A DNA stretch of 64,000 nucleotides from an uncultured delta proteobacterium (GCA_963736855.1 CAVTQK010000009.1:160001-224000); one strand, 5' to 3'. Counted from the stretch's first letter, positions 1 through 11,773 are shown. Program-made: numbers and translations. Notes: generated by a model not told the origin, from the sequence alone.

Positions 1-3000
1 CATTCCGTTGTTTGGACTCCTTGATGGAATGTATTGTCACGAGTTGTTTCTGTTGCTCATCTTTTTCCAGATTTTTCTGCGAACAAACCGTCACCAAGCT
101 GTCGTATAGTATAGAGGCCTTCACCGGTTTTGTAAGATACGCGGCAAACCCTATTTTTTTGACCCTTGCTCCGTCTCCCAATTGACCCAGAGAGGTGAGC
201 ATGACGAGAATCGTTTTTTTGAGGACTGGGGATTCTTTGATCTTTTTACCGAGTGTTTCCCCGTCCATGTAAGGCATGTGCATGTCAAGGATGGCGATAT
301 GGAAAGGTAATCCCTTTTTTGCTGCTTCGTTGAGTTTCACAAGAGCCTCTTCCGGCCCCGCCGCCTCTTCGAATCTGCAGCCCCATGAGGTTAGCAGTTC
401 TCTCAAGAGGCGACGATTGGTAGCGTTATCGTCCACTATGAGAATCCGCTTTTCTTGAATATCTTCATTAATCACGGTCTCTTTCTCAGCGGCTTTAGGC
501 TGTTTTTCAAGCTTTGCGGTAAACCAGAAGGCGGAACCCTTTCCTTCCTGGCTTTCGACCCCGATCTCGCCTCCCATGAGTTCCGCAAGTTTCTTGGAAA
601 TGCTCAGCCCCAATCCCGTGCCTCCATATCGGCGGGTGGTGGAAGCGTCCACTTGTGAAAAAGAATCAAAAATCAGATTAATCCGTTCCTTCGGTATTCC
701 AATACCTGTGTCCGACACTTTGAAACGGATGAGAGCCGATTGGTCATCTTCCCTTTCAAGGGACGCACGGATGACAACCTCGCCCTGTTTGGTGAATTTG
801 ATGGCGTTGTTTCCCAGATTGATAAGGATCTGACGGAGCCGGCCTGGATCGCCCTTTACCAGCGCAGGAACATCCGGATCCATGGAACAGACAAGTTCAA
901 GGCCCTTTTGGTTGGCCATGACCGCCAAGACATCTACAATGTCCTCCACCGTGGAGCTTAAGTTGAAGTTCAATAAATCAAGGTCCAATTTTCCGGCTTC
1001 AACTTTGGAAAAGTCGAGGATGTCGTTGATAACCCGCAGAAGCGATTCGGCGCTGCTGCGCACTGTTTCTGCGAATTGTCGTTGCGGTGGCGTCAATTCC
1101 GTGTCAAGGAGCAAGCCGGTCATTCCCATGACGCCATTCATGGGTGTGCGAATTTCGTGAGACATGTTGGCCAGGAACTCGGACTTGTATTTACTTGTCT
1201 TTTCCAAATCTCTGGCCTTTTGTTCGATTTCCCGGCGGGCCTTGTTCAATTCCTCGTTTTTCGTCTCCAGTTCCTCTTTTTGTTTGATCAGGATCTGTCT
1301 TTTCTGTTCCAGTTCTTCATTCGTCTGCTGAAGCCGATCTTGCTGGGCCTGCAGCGTTGCTTCCGACTGTTTGAGTTGTATAGCCTGTTCTTCCAACTCC
1401 CTGTTGGAGAGCTGTAATTCCTCTTGTTTGCGCTTGAGTTCTTCCGCCTGAAGCTGTGTTTTCCTTAGCAGTTCTTCCATTCGAAAGTGCGATTGGGCCA
1501 AGTTGAAGGCGATGGCGATACTTTCCAAAACATCTATAAAAAAATCGATCGTCTTGTCTGTAAATGTTTGAAAAGAAGCCAGCTCTATAACGCCCTTTGT
1601 TTCCCCGGCATACATAAAAGGGATCACCAGGATATTTCGGGGGGCCGATTTTCCCAGGCCCGATTGGATCGGCATATAATTCTCCGGGGCTTCTGTGACG
1701 AGAATATGCTTCTTTGCCAGCGCTGCTTGTCCCACGAGCCCTTCGCCGAAATCAATCTTTTTCATCAGTTCCTTTCTCTTTTCATAGGCATACGTACCCA
1801 CCGGTGCAAGTTTGTTTTCATCATCCACCAGGAAGAGAGCTCCCACCTGAGCACCCAGATACTCCGACAGGAAAGAAATGATGCTCTCCGCTAAAGCGGG
1901 TATATTGACTTCACCGCGCATGCGGTTGTAGAGTTCCGACTGTCCTGTTTTCAACCAGTTTTGCTCCTGCTGTTCTTCTGTAGCCGTTCGTAATGTGGCC
2001 GTCATGCGGATAATGGCTCTTCCAAGGAGGTCGTTTTCTCCTTTCTTTTCTATGGACCGTTCGAAGTCTCCTACGGCCACTCCTTCACAGACCGCGATGA
2101 AATCTTGAAGATAGCTTACCAGCCGGTTGAATGAGATAGCGGCTTCTGCGAATTCATCTTTTCCGTGAATGTAAAGCTGTTCTTTAATCTCCCCCTGGCT
2201 CATGTTTTCAAACACTTTGAGAAACTTGTTGAATTTACTCCGTATATCCCAACGGAAAAAGGCGGCCAAGATGATGATGACCAGCGTGCCGATGGCCGCG
2301 ATGGTGATAGAGAAAAAGAGGACGCGCCGGACGCCTGCCATGGTCTCTTTTTCCGGGATAAATGTCGCCAGGCGCAGTTCGGATCCGATACTGTACCCTT
2401 GCAGTAAGCTCGCTGTGCTTTTTACCGGGCTAAAGGTGGTATAGTATGCTTCATTTGTCAGGGTGAATCGCTGAATCCCCTCTTCTGTCGATGAGTGAAA
2501 CCAAGAAATCAATGTATCACTGGTTGGAATCGTTCGGCCGATGAATTCCGGATCGGAGTGACAAACAGCCCGCCACGATTTCACATCGACTAGGGTAACT
2601 TTGGTGCCGCTAAATCCGTTTTCCAGATATCTTCCAAAAATATTGACTACCTTTTCCTGGATTTTGTCCCAATCCAGATATGCCAAGAGAAAACCGTTGG
2701 GCTTACCATCGGTCCCCCTTGTCTTTAGACTAAACAGGTATGTCTGCCGTTGGTTCTGCCCAATCGTGGTCTCTAAAGGATTGCTCGTGTATGTGGCGCA
2801 AAGATCCTGTTTATCTATTAATAGGAGAACATCCTTGATGAGCTGTTCTTTCAACGCGGCCGCATCCCCCTGGTTTTGTTGTCCAAGGGAAGCCGCGAGC
2901 ACCTTGCCTTCCAGGTTAGTCAAGACCAGATTATAGAAGCCCTGATGCGTACGAAGCAAAGATATAAAGTGGTCCTCCAATTCCTTGATGGTTTGAAACT

Positions 3001-3256
3001 CGATGGCCATGCCGTATATGTCTTCTCTGGCCCAGTTGGCAAATATTTCTTCTTGGGATTCGATATAGCTGTTGATCTCCTGGGCTCCCTGCCGGCTCAC
3101 GAGCTTCATGATGCGCTCGTTGTTTTCCAAAGAGTTCTCGCGAATCGTCCGGAACGAGTGGTATGTTATAACCAGCATGGGGACGATCGATAAAAGCATC
3201 CCCAAAAGGATTTTGGAGCGAAGGCTTAAGGACGTGAACCGACGAAAAGGGCCCAT
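1..3256 (-). CDS. Hybrid sensor histidine kinase/response regulator (TM-periplasmic sensor-HAMP-GAF-HisKA-HATPase-REC), 3' end outside window
   Basis: Not in the ORF track because no stop lies in the window. Manual translation from ATG 3256 (SD GGAGAA) gives [26 protein letters not shown]..., H-box [18 protein letters not shown] (~1140-1185) and REC ILIVDDN...ILDMHMP...LTKP (~130-450), all in one frame. Confidence 0.92.
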   Translation of the reverse strand, partial: MGPFRRFTSLSLRSKILLGMLLSIVPMLVITYHSFRTIRENSLENNERIMKLVSRQGAQEINSYIESQEEIFANWAREDIYGMAIEFQTIKELEDHFISLLRTHQGFYNLVLTNLEGKVLAASLGQQNQGDAAALKEQLIKDVLLLIDKQDLCATYTSNPLETTIGQNQRQTYLFSLKTRGTDGKPNGFLLAYLDWDKIQEKVVNIFGRYLENGFSGTKVTLVDVKSWRAVCHSDPEFIGRTIPTSDTLISWFHSSTEEGIQRFTLTNEAYYTTFSPVKSTASLLQGYSIGSELRLATFIPEKETMAGVRRVLFFSITIAAIGTLVIIILAAFFRWDIRSKFNKFLKVFENMSQGEIKEQLYIHGKDEFAEAAISFNRLVSYLQDFIAVCEGVAVGDFERSIEKKGENDLLGRAIIRMTATLRTATEEQQEQNWLKTGQSELYNRMRGEVNIPALAESIISFLSEYLGAQVGALFLVDDENKLAPVGTYAYEKRKELMKKIDFGEGLVGQAALAKKHILVTEAPENYMPIQSGLGKSAPRNILVIPFMYAGETKGVIELASFQTFTDKTIDFFIDVLESIAIAFNLAQSHFRMEELLRKTQLQAEELKRKQEELQLSNRELEEQAIQLKQSEATLQAQQDRLQQTNEELEQKRQILIKQKEELETKNEELNKARREIEQKARDLEKTSKYKSEFLANMSHEIRTPMNGVMGMTGLLLDTELTPPQRQFAETVRSSAESLLRVINDILDFSKVEAGKLDLDLLNFNLSSTVEDIVDVLAVMANQKGLELVCSMDPDVPALVKGDPGRLRQILINLGNNAIKFTKQGEVVIRASLEREDDQSALIRFKVSDTGIGIPKERINLIFDSFSQVDASTTRRYGGTGLGLSISKKLAELMGGEIGVESQEGKGSAFWFTAKLEKQPKAAEKETVINEDIQEKRILIVDDNATNRRLLRELLTSWGCRFEEAAGPEEALVKLNEAAKKGLPFHIAILDMHMPYMDGETLGKKIKESPVLKKTILVMLTSLGQLGDGARVKKIGFAAYLTKPVKASILYDSLVTVCSQKNLEKDEQQKQLVTIHSIKESKQRN

Positions 3257-3440
3257 GTAATGACTTCTCCTTGGTTTGCGGCTTGTTGCCGATCAATAAA
3301 GCATCGCGCGCTCTGTATACAACGCCCCCGATCTTGCGATAGCTGGAAACATGCAACCAGGCGATACCTGCTCTTGCCTTATCTTCGAAATATCGACGAC
3401 ACCGTGTCGCTACGTCTACAATCATTGGTCGCCGTGGGGT

Positions 3441-4745
3441 TCATCGATTCGGTTTTTCCCCGGGAAGGGCTTCCAGATACGGAGGTTTGCCTGCGGCTGC
3501 ACGCTCGGCGTTCCACTCTTCTCTGGTTTGCGCCGCCTTCTCTCCAGGCATGCTGCTCAGGATTTCGAAGTAATCCAGTTTATATTTATCTCTGAGCACC
3601 ACGGCTTGGGGATTGCATCTAACGGCATAGACCGTTTGTACGGACTGATGATCAAAATACCGCCAAATTTGTTTATCTTTAAGCAGTACGTATTCATGCC
3701 CTTCCAGCGCCTTGATAACGGCGGGCGTGTCAAACGTACCGGCTCTCTTCACTGCGTCTTTATATTCGTACAAGATGGTGTAGGCGGAAGCGCTGGAAGT
3801 GCTTGGATAGCGGCCATATCTGTCTGAAAACCGCGTGACGAATTTTATTCCTAACGGATAGTTGTACTTGTACGGAACTTTCCAAGTCCAGGGAAGCGCG
3901 CCGATGACACCTTCCATGACTTTTGGCCCTCCACCTTCCGCCATTCCCAATGTGAGATTCGGAACGACAATTTGCATATTGTTTTTTAATCCCATAGCGG
4001 TAGCAATACGGATGGCTGTGGACATGTCAGAACCGAACAGAACCAGTACGAGTACCTCCGGTTTGACTATTTTCGCGAAGGCGAGAGCTTTTTTAAAATC
4101 ATTTTCAGTGGCATTTGGAAAAGGCGTCAGTACGCCTCTGTGTATAGATTTGTCTTCCGTGTTGCTGAATTTCCGCACAGACTCTTCCGTGGTCCAGCCC
4201 CACGTATAATCGGCTGTTATGTAGAAATATTTTTTTCCTGCAAAGTTATCGTTCAAGTAACTGGCGATAGCCTTGGCGCCCATCCATGCATTGTAACATT
4301 CTCGAAAGACATGGCGGTGTCCATCACTTCCCGTTGTCGCGTTGGAGTACGTGAGGGTCCCAAAAAAAATAATCCCTTTTTCCTGGCACACCTTCCCTGC
4401 GGCTATAGCAACACTGCTCGCTGAACCCCCAAAAACCATCTTTACGCCCTCTTTATCGATCATCTCCGTGACATTAAGGGTTGTAACATCATCTCTGGAC
4501 TTGGAATCTCGCCAGACAATCTCCACCGGTCGCCCAAGAATGCCTCCAGCGGCATTGATTTCTCCGACTGCAAGTTCCGCCGCACGCCACTGGTCCAGTC
4601 CCTGTACAGAGTAAGGACCTGTTTTCGGATAGTTTAAACCGATCTTGACGGGTTTACCCCAGGCAATAGCGCAAAAGAAAAATATATGCATGCTCGACAC
4701 CATCGCCATGATGATAATGGACGACTTGTTGATCCTAGTCTTCAT
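3441..4745 (-). CDS. Periplasmic substrate-binding protein, LivJ/branched-chain family
   Basis: Signal peptide, then VKIGLNYPKTGPYS...INAAGGILGRPVEIVWRD and DYTWG. ATG 4745 chosen for SD GAGGTG. Confidence 0.85.
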   Translation of the reverse strand: MKTRINKSSIIIMAMVSSMHIFFFCAIAWGKPVKIGLNYPKTGPYSVQGLDQWRAAELAVGEINAAGGILGRPVEIVWRDSKSRDDVTTLNVTEMIDKEGVKMVFGGSASSVAIAAGKVCQEKGIIFFGTLTYSNATTGSDGHRHVFRECYNAWMGAKAIASYLNDNFAGKKYFYITADYTWGWTTEESVRKFSNTEDKSIHRGVLTPFPNATENDFKKALAFAKIVKPEVLVLVLFGSDMSTAIRIATAMGLKNNMQIVVPNLTLGMAEGGGPKVMEGVIGALPWTWKVPYKYNYPLGIKFVTRFSDRYGRYPSTSSASAYTILYEYKDAVKRAGTFDTPAVIKALEGHEYVLLKDKQIWRYFDHQSVQTVYAVRCNPQAVVLRDKYKLDYFEILSSMPGEKAAQTREEWNAERAAAGKPPYLEALPGEKPNR

Positions 4746-4803
4746 ATTGCACCTCAATTTGGTTGTCGATCATGCAATCTCAGGTTTTGCGCCCCTTATG
4801 CCT

Positions 4804-5400
4804 CTAATTGATTTTTTGAAATAACTTTACCAGATCGAGTCGGTTAACCACTTCAGTTAAAAGTTCCCCAAGAACAACTTCTGCCTGTTCTTTTCCAACA
4901 AGCTCAAAGCGCTCCGCTTCACCGCTGATGATTTCGTTGGACAGCTCTTTACCGTCCTTCATCAAACGGGCGTCATATGCCAGGAACACCCGCCATTTCC
5001 GGTCCAAACGATCTAGTAAAAAGGACCTCAGCGCAAGGGAAATCCCGGCAGATGTCTCCCCTTCCGGAACCACCTGAATTCCTTCATTTCTCAATCGGCT
5101 TTCCATGGCTTCTTTAAGTAGAGCCGGAGCATTATATATCCCTTTTTTACTACCTTCCGCCGCTCCCTTGGCAACGGAGAGTGCAATATCCTCCGATGTC
5201 TTTTCAAACATTTGCCGGGCTCCTTTTCCAAAAGTCTGCTTCTCCTTTCGTATGTCTTCGGCTCTTATAAAAACCTTTTTTCCTGCCAAAGTTTTCCCTT
5301 CTATCGGCAGTCGATAAGTTAAATGGAGATGAGGGATCGTGGCGCATGAAACCAGAAGAAGAAACCCTGCAATGCCGAAAGCGTTTTTCATTCTTTTCAT
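4804..5400 (-). CDS. Putative lipoprotein (YajG-like)
   Basis: Lipobox LVSC after a hydrophobic signal; SD AGGAGG. Confidence 0.65.
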   Translation of the reverse strand: MKRMKNAFGIAGFLLLVSCATIPHLHLTYRLPIEGKTLAGKKVFIRAEDIRKEKQTFGKGARQMFEKTSEDIALSVAKGAAEGSKKGIYNAPALLKEAMESRLRNEGIQVVPEGETSAGISLALRSFLLDRLDRKWRVFLAYDARLMKDGKELSNEIISGEAERFELVGKEQAEVVLGELLTEVVNRLDLVKLFQKIN

Positions 5401-5449
5401 TTGCTTTTTTTCCTCCTTTTCTAAATCCGGTTAAGGGAAAATTCAGAGG

Positions 5450-6328
5450 CTATACTTCTCGGAGTTTATCATGGGCTTGATTTCCGATATCCGTTGAAAA
5501 GCGGTTTGCCATATTCGTGTATCGACCGTATTCCGCATGCCGTCCCCGCTTTAGACACCCGGCGGCATAGACGGTACATTTTTTCCGGAGCATGGCCGCA
5601 GCTGCACGCTTTTGAGATTCAGAAAGTATGCCGGCTTCAATAATTTTGACCAGCGCGCGAATGCGAAACCGATCCAGGCCGGTCGCTCGGGAAAGCTGGT
5701 CAGCGTGTCCTCCGCGTTTGACGGCCAGCGGTTTTGGAATCAAGGCAACGGTGCACCGGCAACTGATCCGAAGCCAAAGGTCGTAATCCTCGCAGGCGGA
5801 AAGGCCTTCGTCGAAAAGCCCCACCTCACCGAAAAGAGACCGTTGCATCATAGCGGCCGAGGGGCTTACCATGCATCGCTCAAGAGATCTTAAAAACAGG
5901 TTATCCGACGATTTGAGATGATATCTCTTGGGATTCACGCGGATCCCCCGGCGGATCCAGATCTCATCGGTCTGGCATACCCGTGCATCCGGATTCGACG
6001 AGAAAAAACCGACTTGGGCCGAAAGCTTTCCCGGAAGCCACAAGTCGTCCGAATCCAGAAACGCGACATACCGCCCAGCGGCTTTTTGAATCCCGGAATT
6101 CCGGGCGGCACTGACTCCCCGATTGGGTTGAAAGTATGCCCGGATGCGAGAGCCGTACGCATCCAGGATTTGACCGGTTTCATCCGTGGAACCGTCATCG
6201 ATGACGATGAGTTCGAAATCGTCAAAATCCTGGCCGATAACGCTATCCAAGGCCTCTTTCAGGATCCATCCCCGATTATACGTCGGGATGATTACACTGA
6301 TCAGCGGGTGTCCATTCTTTTTTTGCAT
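5450..6328 (-). CDS. Glycosyltransferase family 2
   Basis: ISVIIPTYNR, IDDGSTD, AARNSG, FLDSDD, EDYDLWLR motifs. Confidence 0.92.
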   Translation of the reverse strand: MQKKNGHPLISVIIPTYNRGWILKEALDSVIGQDFDDFELIVIDDGSTDETGQILDAYGSRIRAYFQPNRGVSAARNSGIQKAAGRYVAFLDSDDLWLPGKLSAQVGFFSSNPDARVCQTDEIWIRRGIRVNPKRYHLKSSDNLFLRSLERCMVSPSAAMMQRSLFGEVGLFDEGLSACEDYDLWLRISCRCTVALIPKPLAVKRGGHADQLSRATGLDRFRIRALVKIIEAGILSESQKRAAAAMLRKKCTVYAAGCLKRGRHAEYGRYTNMANRFSTDIGNQAHDKLREV

Positions 6329-6351
6329 TCTCGATAGGTATCTGCTAATCT
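6323..6351 (+). promoter_or_regulatory. Putative sigma70 promoter for ORF 6359, possibly leaderless
   Basis: TTGCAT (6323-6328), 17 nt, TAATCT (6346-6351) with TGn extension; 7 nt to the ATG. Confidence 0.45.
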
Positions 6352-6358
6352 TTTTCTG

Positions 6359-6781
6359 ATGATCCTATTCGACGGCACCTATCGCTTGGGAAAATACACC
6401 AAGAAAACGACTCGCCGGTCCAAAGACATGGGGCCTTCCTGGCGGATTCGCATCATCGATTTGTCCTCGGACACCCCGGATTTGCGACATCTCAGGCCCG
6501 TCATCGTGCATGTGACCCGAAACCCGGGTAGCGTCTTTCCATCCGATTGTGCCAATTCCCTCGGAGCCAGAATTCTGCGGGATTTCGATCTTGAAACCAA
6601 AAAGGTACTCTGGATCGAAGAGTGCGGAGATGTCCCTCATGCCGTGAGGGTAGCCATATTCCGGCCGAAACAGTTTTTGGGAGACCAAACATTTTATTCC
6701 ATCGACTGGCGCCCAATCCAAACCAATGAACGTCAGGCACTCCAGAGGTTTATCCCTGAAGCAGGTCTTCCCTCCCTTTAA
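6359..6781 (+). CDS. Hypothetical protein
   Basis: 140-aa ORF filling the gap between the GT2 and IMPase genes; no motif recognised. Confidence 0.65.
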   Translation: MILFDGTYRLGKYTKKTTRRSKDMGPSWRIRIIDLSSDTPDLRHLRPVIVHVTRNPGSVFPSDCANSLGARILRDFDLETKKVLWIEECGDVPHAVRVAIFRPKQFLGDQTFYSIDWRPIQTNERQALQRFIPEAGLPSL

Positions 6782-6790
6782 AGGCCGGGC

Positions 6791-7591
6791 TCACGTTGTT
6801 TCCCGAAGATATTCCAACACCGAGTTCAGATTTTCCGGAGAAACCACCAAAAGCGGTGCATCCACTTTGCCCCGCCCCACATGATCGTTGAGATAGAATG
6901 CGTTTCCATCCATTTGATAAATTTTACCACCCGCCGCCTCGATGATGACCCCGACGGCGGCCAAATCCTGATACGATTCATTGAAAACAATGGCCCCTTC
7001 CGCCGATCCCATGGCCACATAACAAATATGGGCGGAAGTACACCCAAGGCTCCGGATTTTTCCGGGGAATCCGGATCGATATCTCTGGTGGAAGCGGGAA
7101 TAGATCAACAGGAGGCTTTCATTATTCAGTGATTCCTGCTCCGATATCCGAATCTCCTTTTCCCCCAGGTATGCTTTTTGTCCTCCCACTGCATGAAACA
7201 GATCGCCGGTGGCCGGCATATAAAACGCTCCGAAAATCGGCCAGTAATTTTCAAGGATGGCAATGGACATCCCCCAGATGGGGATCCCGGCCTGGAAATT
7301 GGCGACTCCGTCTATGGCATCGAATACCCATAGGAACTTTTCTGCTCCATGGGTGTAGGCTTCGATTTGCTGGTTATTCTTGTAAACCTGATGGGCGGGA
7401 AATCGGTCCTGGATCTGCGTTTCGAATAAGTCCACCAGAAGAATTTCCGCCTGGGTGACCAGTTCGCCATCAAACTTCAGGTGAATCCTCCGATTTCCGT
7501 AAAAAGAAAGGGCTTCATCCCCCAGTTGATGAATCAATTCGGTTGCAAATCGAGTCAATGTCTCCAGATTATCGCCTTGATCCATTGCCAT
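6791..7591 (-). CDS. Inositol monophosphatase family protein (divergent)
   Basis: WVFDAIDGVANF (variant of DPIDGT), RSLG, QDLAA...IIEAAGG; SD AGGAGG. Confidence 0.85.
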   Translation of the reverse strand: MAMDQGDNLETLTRFATELIHQLGDEALSFYGNRRIHLKFDGELVTQAEILLVDLFETQIQDRFPAHQVYKNNQQIEAYTHGAEKFLWVFDAIDGVANFQAGIPIWGMSIAILENYWPIFGAFYMPATGDLFHAVGGQKAYLGEKEIRISEQESLNNESLLLIYSRFHQRYRSGFPGKIRSLGCTSAHICYVAMGSAEGAIVFNESYQDLAAVGVIIEAAGGKIYQMDGNAFYLNDHVGRGKVDAPLLVVSPENLNSVLEYLRETT

Positions 7592-7761
7592 TTTGCCTCC
7601 TTTTACAGCGTTTCAATTAAAAATTTCCAGCATTCATAAAACAAATTATCAAATAACTATCCAATATGAAAATAAAAAATGAAAAATTCGCTGCTGAAAT
7701 GAAAGCCGACAGAATATTTAATTAAACATCCGGAGGCATCGGGTTCATAGGTTTTCGTTTA

Positions 7762-8853
<1,092 letters not shown>

Positions 8854-8948
8854 GCGACAAGACGGAGCGAAAAAATAGATCTACACAGTCTTCAATAGCG
8901 GCAGAGCGTTTTTTAACACCACGGAATCCTCTGATTTTTTATAGTCGA

Positions 8949-9503
8949 TCACCGACCGCCGAACTCGTTCAGATGAATGAACTCTTCCTTTTCCCGGCGT
9001 TTGGGCGCTTCGGTCTTTTTAGCCGGATAGCCAATCGGGATATAGGTCACCAGTTCATAACCTAGGGGCACATTCAGGATCGCTTTCCCCCGATCCTGAT
9101 CGAAGAGGCCCACGATCACTGTTCCCAGTCCATAGCTATGAGCGGTCAGACATAGCGTTTGGGCGACGATGCCGAGATCGAACATGAACCAATCTCCGAA
9201 CTTGGTGGTAACTTGATCCTTATAGTATCCCGAACTCTTCAGCTTAGCGCATAGCGCCAGAACGACCGGGGCATGGACCATGGCGCTTCTCGCCGGGTTT
9301 CCCTTTTCAGGGAGGGTGGCCTGGAGCTTTTCCTTGACGGCGGCATCTTTCACCACCACCACTTCCCAGCATTGGGTATTGGCCCAGGATGGCGCCCATC
9401 GGACGGATTCCAACACCTGACCCAGGGTTTCTTCCGGGATGTCTTTCTCCTCATATTTCCGAACACTTCTACGTTCCTTGACGATTTCCATGAAGTCAAA
9501 CAT
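8949..9503 (-). CDS. Nitroreductase family protein
   Basis: RRSVRKY, APSWANTQCW, LTAHSYGLGT, IPIGYP. Start moved to ATG 9503 (SD AGGAG). Confidence 0.9.
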   Translation of the reverse strand: MFDFMEIVKERRSVRKYEEKDIPEETLGQVLESVRWAPSWANTQCWEVVVVKDAAVKEKLQATLPEKGNPARSAMVHAPVVLALCAKLKSSGYYKDQVTTKFGDWFMFDLGIVAQTLCLTAHSYGLGTVIVGLFDQDRGKAILNVPLGYELVTYIPIGYPAKKTEAPKRREKEEFIHLNEFGGR

Positions 9504-9529
9504 CATTTCTCCTTTTGAATTTCGTTTCA

Positions 9530-9691
9530 TCACGACCGGTCTTTTTGGCAGATGCAATCGTGCTCTCCACAATGGGAACAGGTATAGGTCGCGACTTTTT
9601 CTTTTGACTTTTCCCTTCTCGACAAAGCCAACCACAACAGGATCAACGCGATTGCAAATCCAATGATCGCAAACAGATAACCCCACATCAT
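9530..9691 (-). CDS. Small membrane-anchored Cys-rich protein
   Basis: MMWGYLFAIIGFAIALILLWLAL (TM), then basic linker and CSHCGEHDCIC. Fits between the flanking genes; SD AGGA. Confidence 0.65.
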   Translation of the reverse strand: MMWGYLFAIIGFAIALILLWLALSRREKSKEKVATYTCSHCGEHDCICQKDRS

Positions 9692-9698
9692 CGATTTC

Positions 9699-10601
9699 CT
9701 ATTTTTGCAGAATTTCCCGGAAAGCCGATTCGATATCCGGGTATGTATATTGAAAATCCGCCGAAACGAGCTTTTTGGGAACACATCGTTGGCTGGAAAG
9801 CAAAGCGGAAGCCAATTCTCCCATCACCATTCGGATGGCGAAAGCAGGCGTAGGTATGAAGGTGGGTCGATCCAGGATGCGTCCGATGATCTTTGTCATC
9901 TCTTTGTTGCGAACCGGATTCGGGGCACAGAAATTGACTGGGCCTTTCAATTCCTGATGTTCGGTCACCCAGATCATCGCAGCGCACAAATCATCGATAT
10001 GAATCCATGAGAACCACTGTTCCCCGTTTCCCAAAGGTCCTCCGATGAAAAATTTAAAGGGGGCCAGCATCTTGTTCACGGCACCGCCCTCTTCCCCCAA
10101 GACGATCCCAAAACGCGCACAGACGACCCTTATGCCCTTCTTTTCCCCTTCTAAAGCCGCCGACTCCCAATCCATGCCCACTTCGCTTAAAAAACCAGAG
10201 CCGGGCGGTGCATCCTCGTCCAGGATAGTATCGCCCTGACTCCCGTAAAAACCGACCGCCGAGGCGTTGATCAAAAGACCTTGACGGGACGATTCCAGAC
10301 TCTCTACGATATTGTGGGTTGTCAGAATACGGGATTCACGAATCTGCGTCTTATAGGCTTTGGTCCACCGACGAAAAATGGTATTCCCCACCAGGTTGAC
10401 TACCGCATCGGCTTCCGCCAGGGATTCCTGCCACCGGCCTTTCCGGGTCAGGTCGGCTTGTACGTAACTCAGACGGGGGTGCGCTTTCAGCGGAAAATTG
10501 GAACGGGTCCCTGTTGCCGTAACGCGATTCCCTTGTTCCAGGAGCTTCTTCGTGAGGCATTTTCCGATGAATCCGGTCCCACCTGCAATATAAACATGCA
10601 T
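9699..10601 (-). CDS. TIGR01777/YfcH family NAD-dependent oxidoreductase
   Basis: GGTGFIG, RWT...IRESRILTT, ASAVGFYG, GGPLGNGEQWFSWIHIDD. Confidence 0.92.
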   Translation of the reverse strand: MHVYIAGGTGFIGKCLTKKLLEQGNRVTATGTRSNFPLKAHPRLSYVQADLTRKGRWQESLAEADAVVNLVGNTIFRRWTKAYKTQIRESRILTTHNIVESLESSRQGLLINASAVGFYGSQGDTILDEDAPPGSGFLSEVGMDWESAALEGEKKGIRVVCARFGIVLGEEGGAVNKMLAPFKFFIGGPLGNGEQWFSWIHIDDLCAAMIWVTEHQELKGPVNFCAPNPVRNKEMTKIIGRILDRPTFIPTPAFAIRMVMGELASALLSSQRCVPKKLVSADFQYTYPDIESAFREILQK

Positions 10602-10687
10602 AGATCTCTCTTAGCAAATCTTCGCTTTTTTTGCGAATTTCGTGTACTTTTTTAAACCGATGAGCAAATCAGGTCAGCGATCGGATG

Positions 10688-10725
10688 AAAATGAAACAGG
10701 GGCAGCACTCGCTCATACTGCCCCC
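10688..10725 (-). terminator. Putative intrinsic terminator after the HesB-like gene
   Basis: GGGGCAG...CTGCCCC stem followed by TGTTTCATTTT on the minus strand. Confidence 0.6.
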
Positions 10726-10743
10726 AGTGAGAGAATCGATTGA

Positions 10744-11058
10744 TTAATGTCCGCAGGAATCTGATGAACAACTGCTTCCACAACCGGCATTTAACCGAAG
10801 GTTTGAGGTTAATTTAAATCCAACTTCCTGAAAATCCACCTTGATCGGCTTGGCTTTTTCTATGAAATCCTTGTTCACAAGGTATTTGAATCCATCGATT
10901 TCATAAACATCGTCTGCATCTTTCGGCTCATCCAGAGCCATCGCTAGTGACGGCCCGCCTCAACCGCCTTCGTATAAAAAGATCCTGATGGGGGAAACCG
11001 ATTTCCCCTTGAAATATTCGGCAATCTGGCGGGTTGCTGCTTCTGTGACCTCTATCAT
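10744..11058 (-). CDS. HesB/IscA-like selenoprotein (in-frame UGA = Sec33)
   Basis: ATG 11058 with SD AGGAGG gives MIEVTEAATRQIAEYFKGKSVSPIRIFLYEGG-UGA-GGPSLAMALDEP... UGA at 10960-10962 falls at the conserved Cys position. Hairpin GGCTC-TGGAT-GAGCC starts 20 nt downstream. Confidence 0.9.
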
Positions 11059-11135
11059 GATGATCCTCCTTTTAAACGCCTAACACTTGAATTTTATAAA
11101 AAACCTTTTGAAGGTCGTTTCAAACAAGTAAAGGT

Positions 11136-11164
11136 AAACTAGACACGAAACCCGGGTTTGTCAA
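11136..11164 (-). promoter_or_regulatory. Putative sigma70 promoter of the HesB-like gene
   Basis: TTGACA-17-TAGTTT on the minus strand. Confidence 0.55.
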
Positions 11165-11204
11165 CGGAATTATCTTCATAATTGAATTTGGAAAAAAATT
11201 AGCC

Positions 11205-11747
11205 TTAATTATTAAGAAATATCAAGTAGTTATTGTAAACCTTGGCATCGTCTTCGGAAAACAGGATAAAAATAACCTGTTTGATGCCAGGGTACTTCCC
11301 GAGATGTTCACAAGTCGTATCCATGGCGATTTTACAGGCGTATTCGATTGGGTATCCATATGCCCCGCAGCTGATGGCCGGAAATGCTATGGAAGAAAGG
11401 CCGTTTTCATCAGCCAACTTCAGACTGCCGGCATAACATCGGGAAAGAAGGGTTGCGTCCTGCGCCCTCCCGCGATACACAGGGCCCACTGTGTGGATGA
11501 CATGTAGGGCAGGCAGGTTATATCCCTTGGTGATTCGAGCCTCTCCGGCGGGACACCCGCCCAGGGTCCTGCATTCGGTTTGAAGCCCCGGACCGGCCGC
11601 ATGATGAATGGCGCCATCTACACCGCCTCCACCCAAAAGGGTGGTATTGGCCGCATTCACGATGGCATCCACTCCCAGATGAGTGATGTCTCCCCGGCGC
11701 ACCTCAATGCGGTCTAAAACCATTTTGTCGATTCCCGGCCTTGCCAT
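11205..11747 (-). CDS. Macro domain protein (O-acetyl-ADP-ribose deacetylase, YmdB-like)
   Basis: GDIT, AIVNAAN, GGGGVDGAIH, VIHTVGP, AFPAISCGAYGYP. Confidence 0.93.
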   Translation of the reverse strand: MARPGIDKMVLDRIEVRRGDITHLGVDAIVNAANTTLLGGGGVDGAIHHAAGPGLQTECRTLGGCPAGEARITKGYNLPALHVIHTVGPVYRGRAQDATLLSRCYAGSLKLADENGLSSIAFPAISCGAYGYPIEYACKIAMDTTCEHLGKYPGIKQVIFILFSEDDAKVYNNYLIFLNN

Positions 11748-11773
11748 GACTCCATCCTTCTCTGTTTTAATGG

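Noticed and set aside
276..3595. Many short plus-strand ORFs and the 2931-3425 minus ORF
   Set aside because: Explained by the uncalled sensor kinase in another frame.
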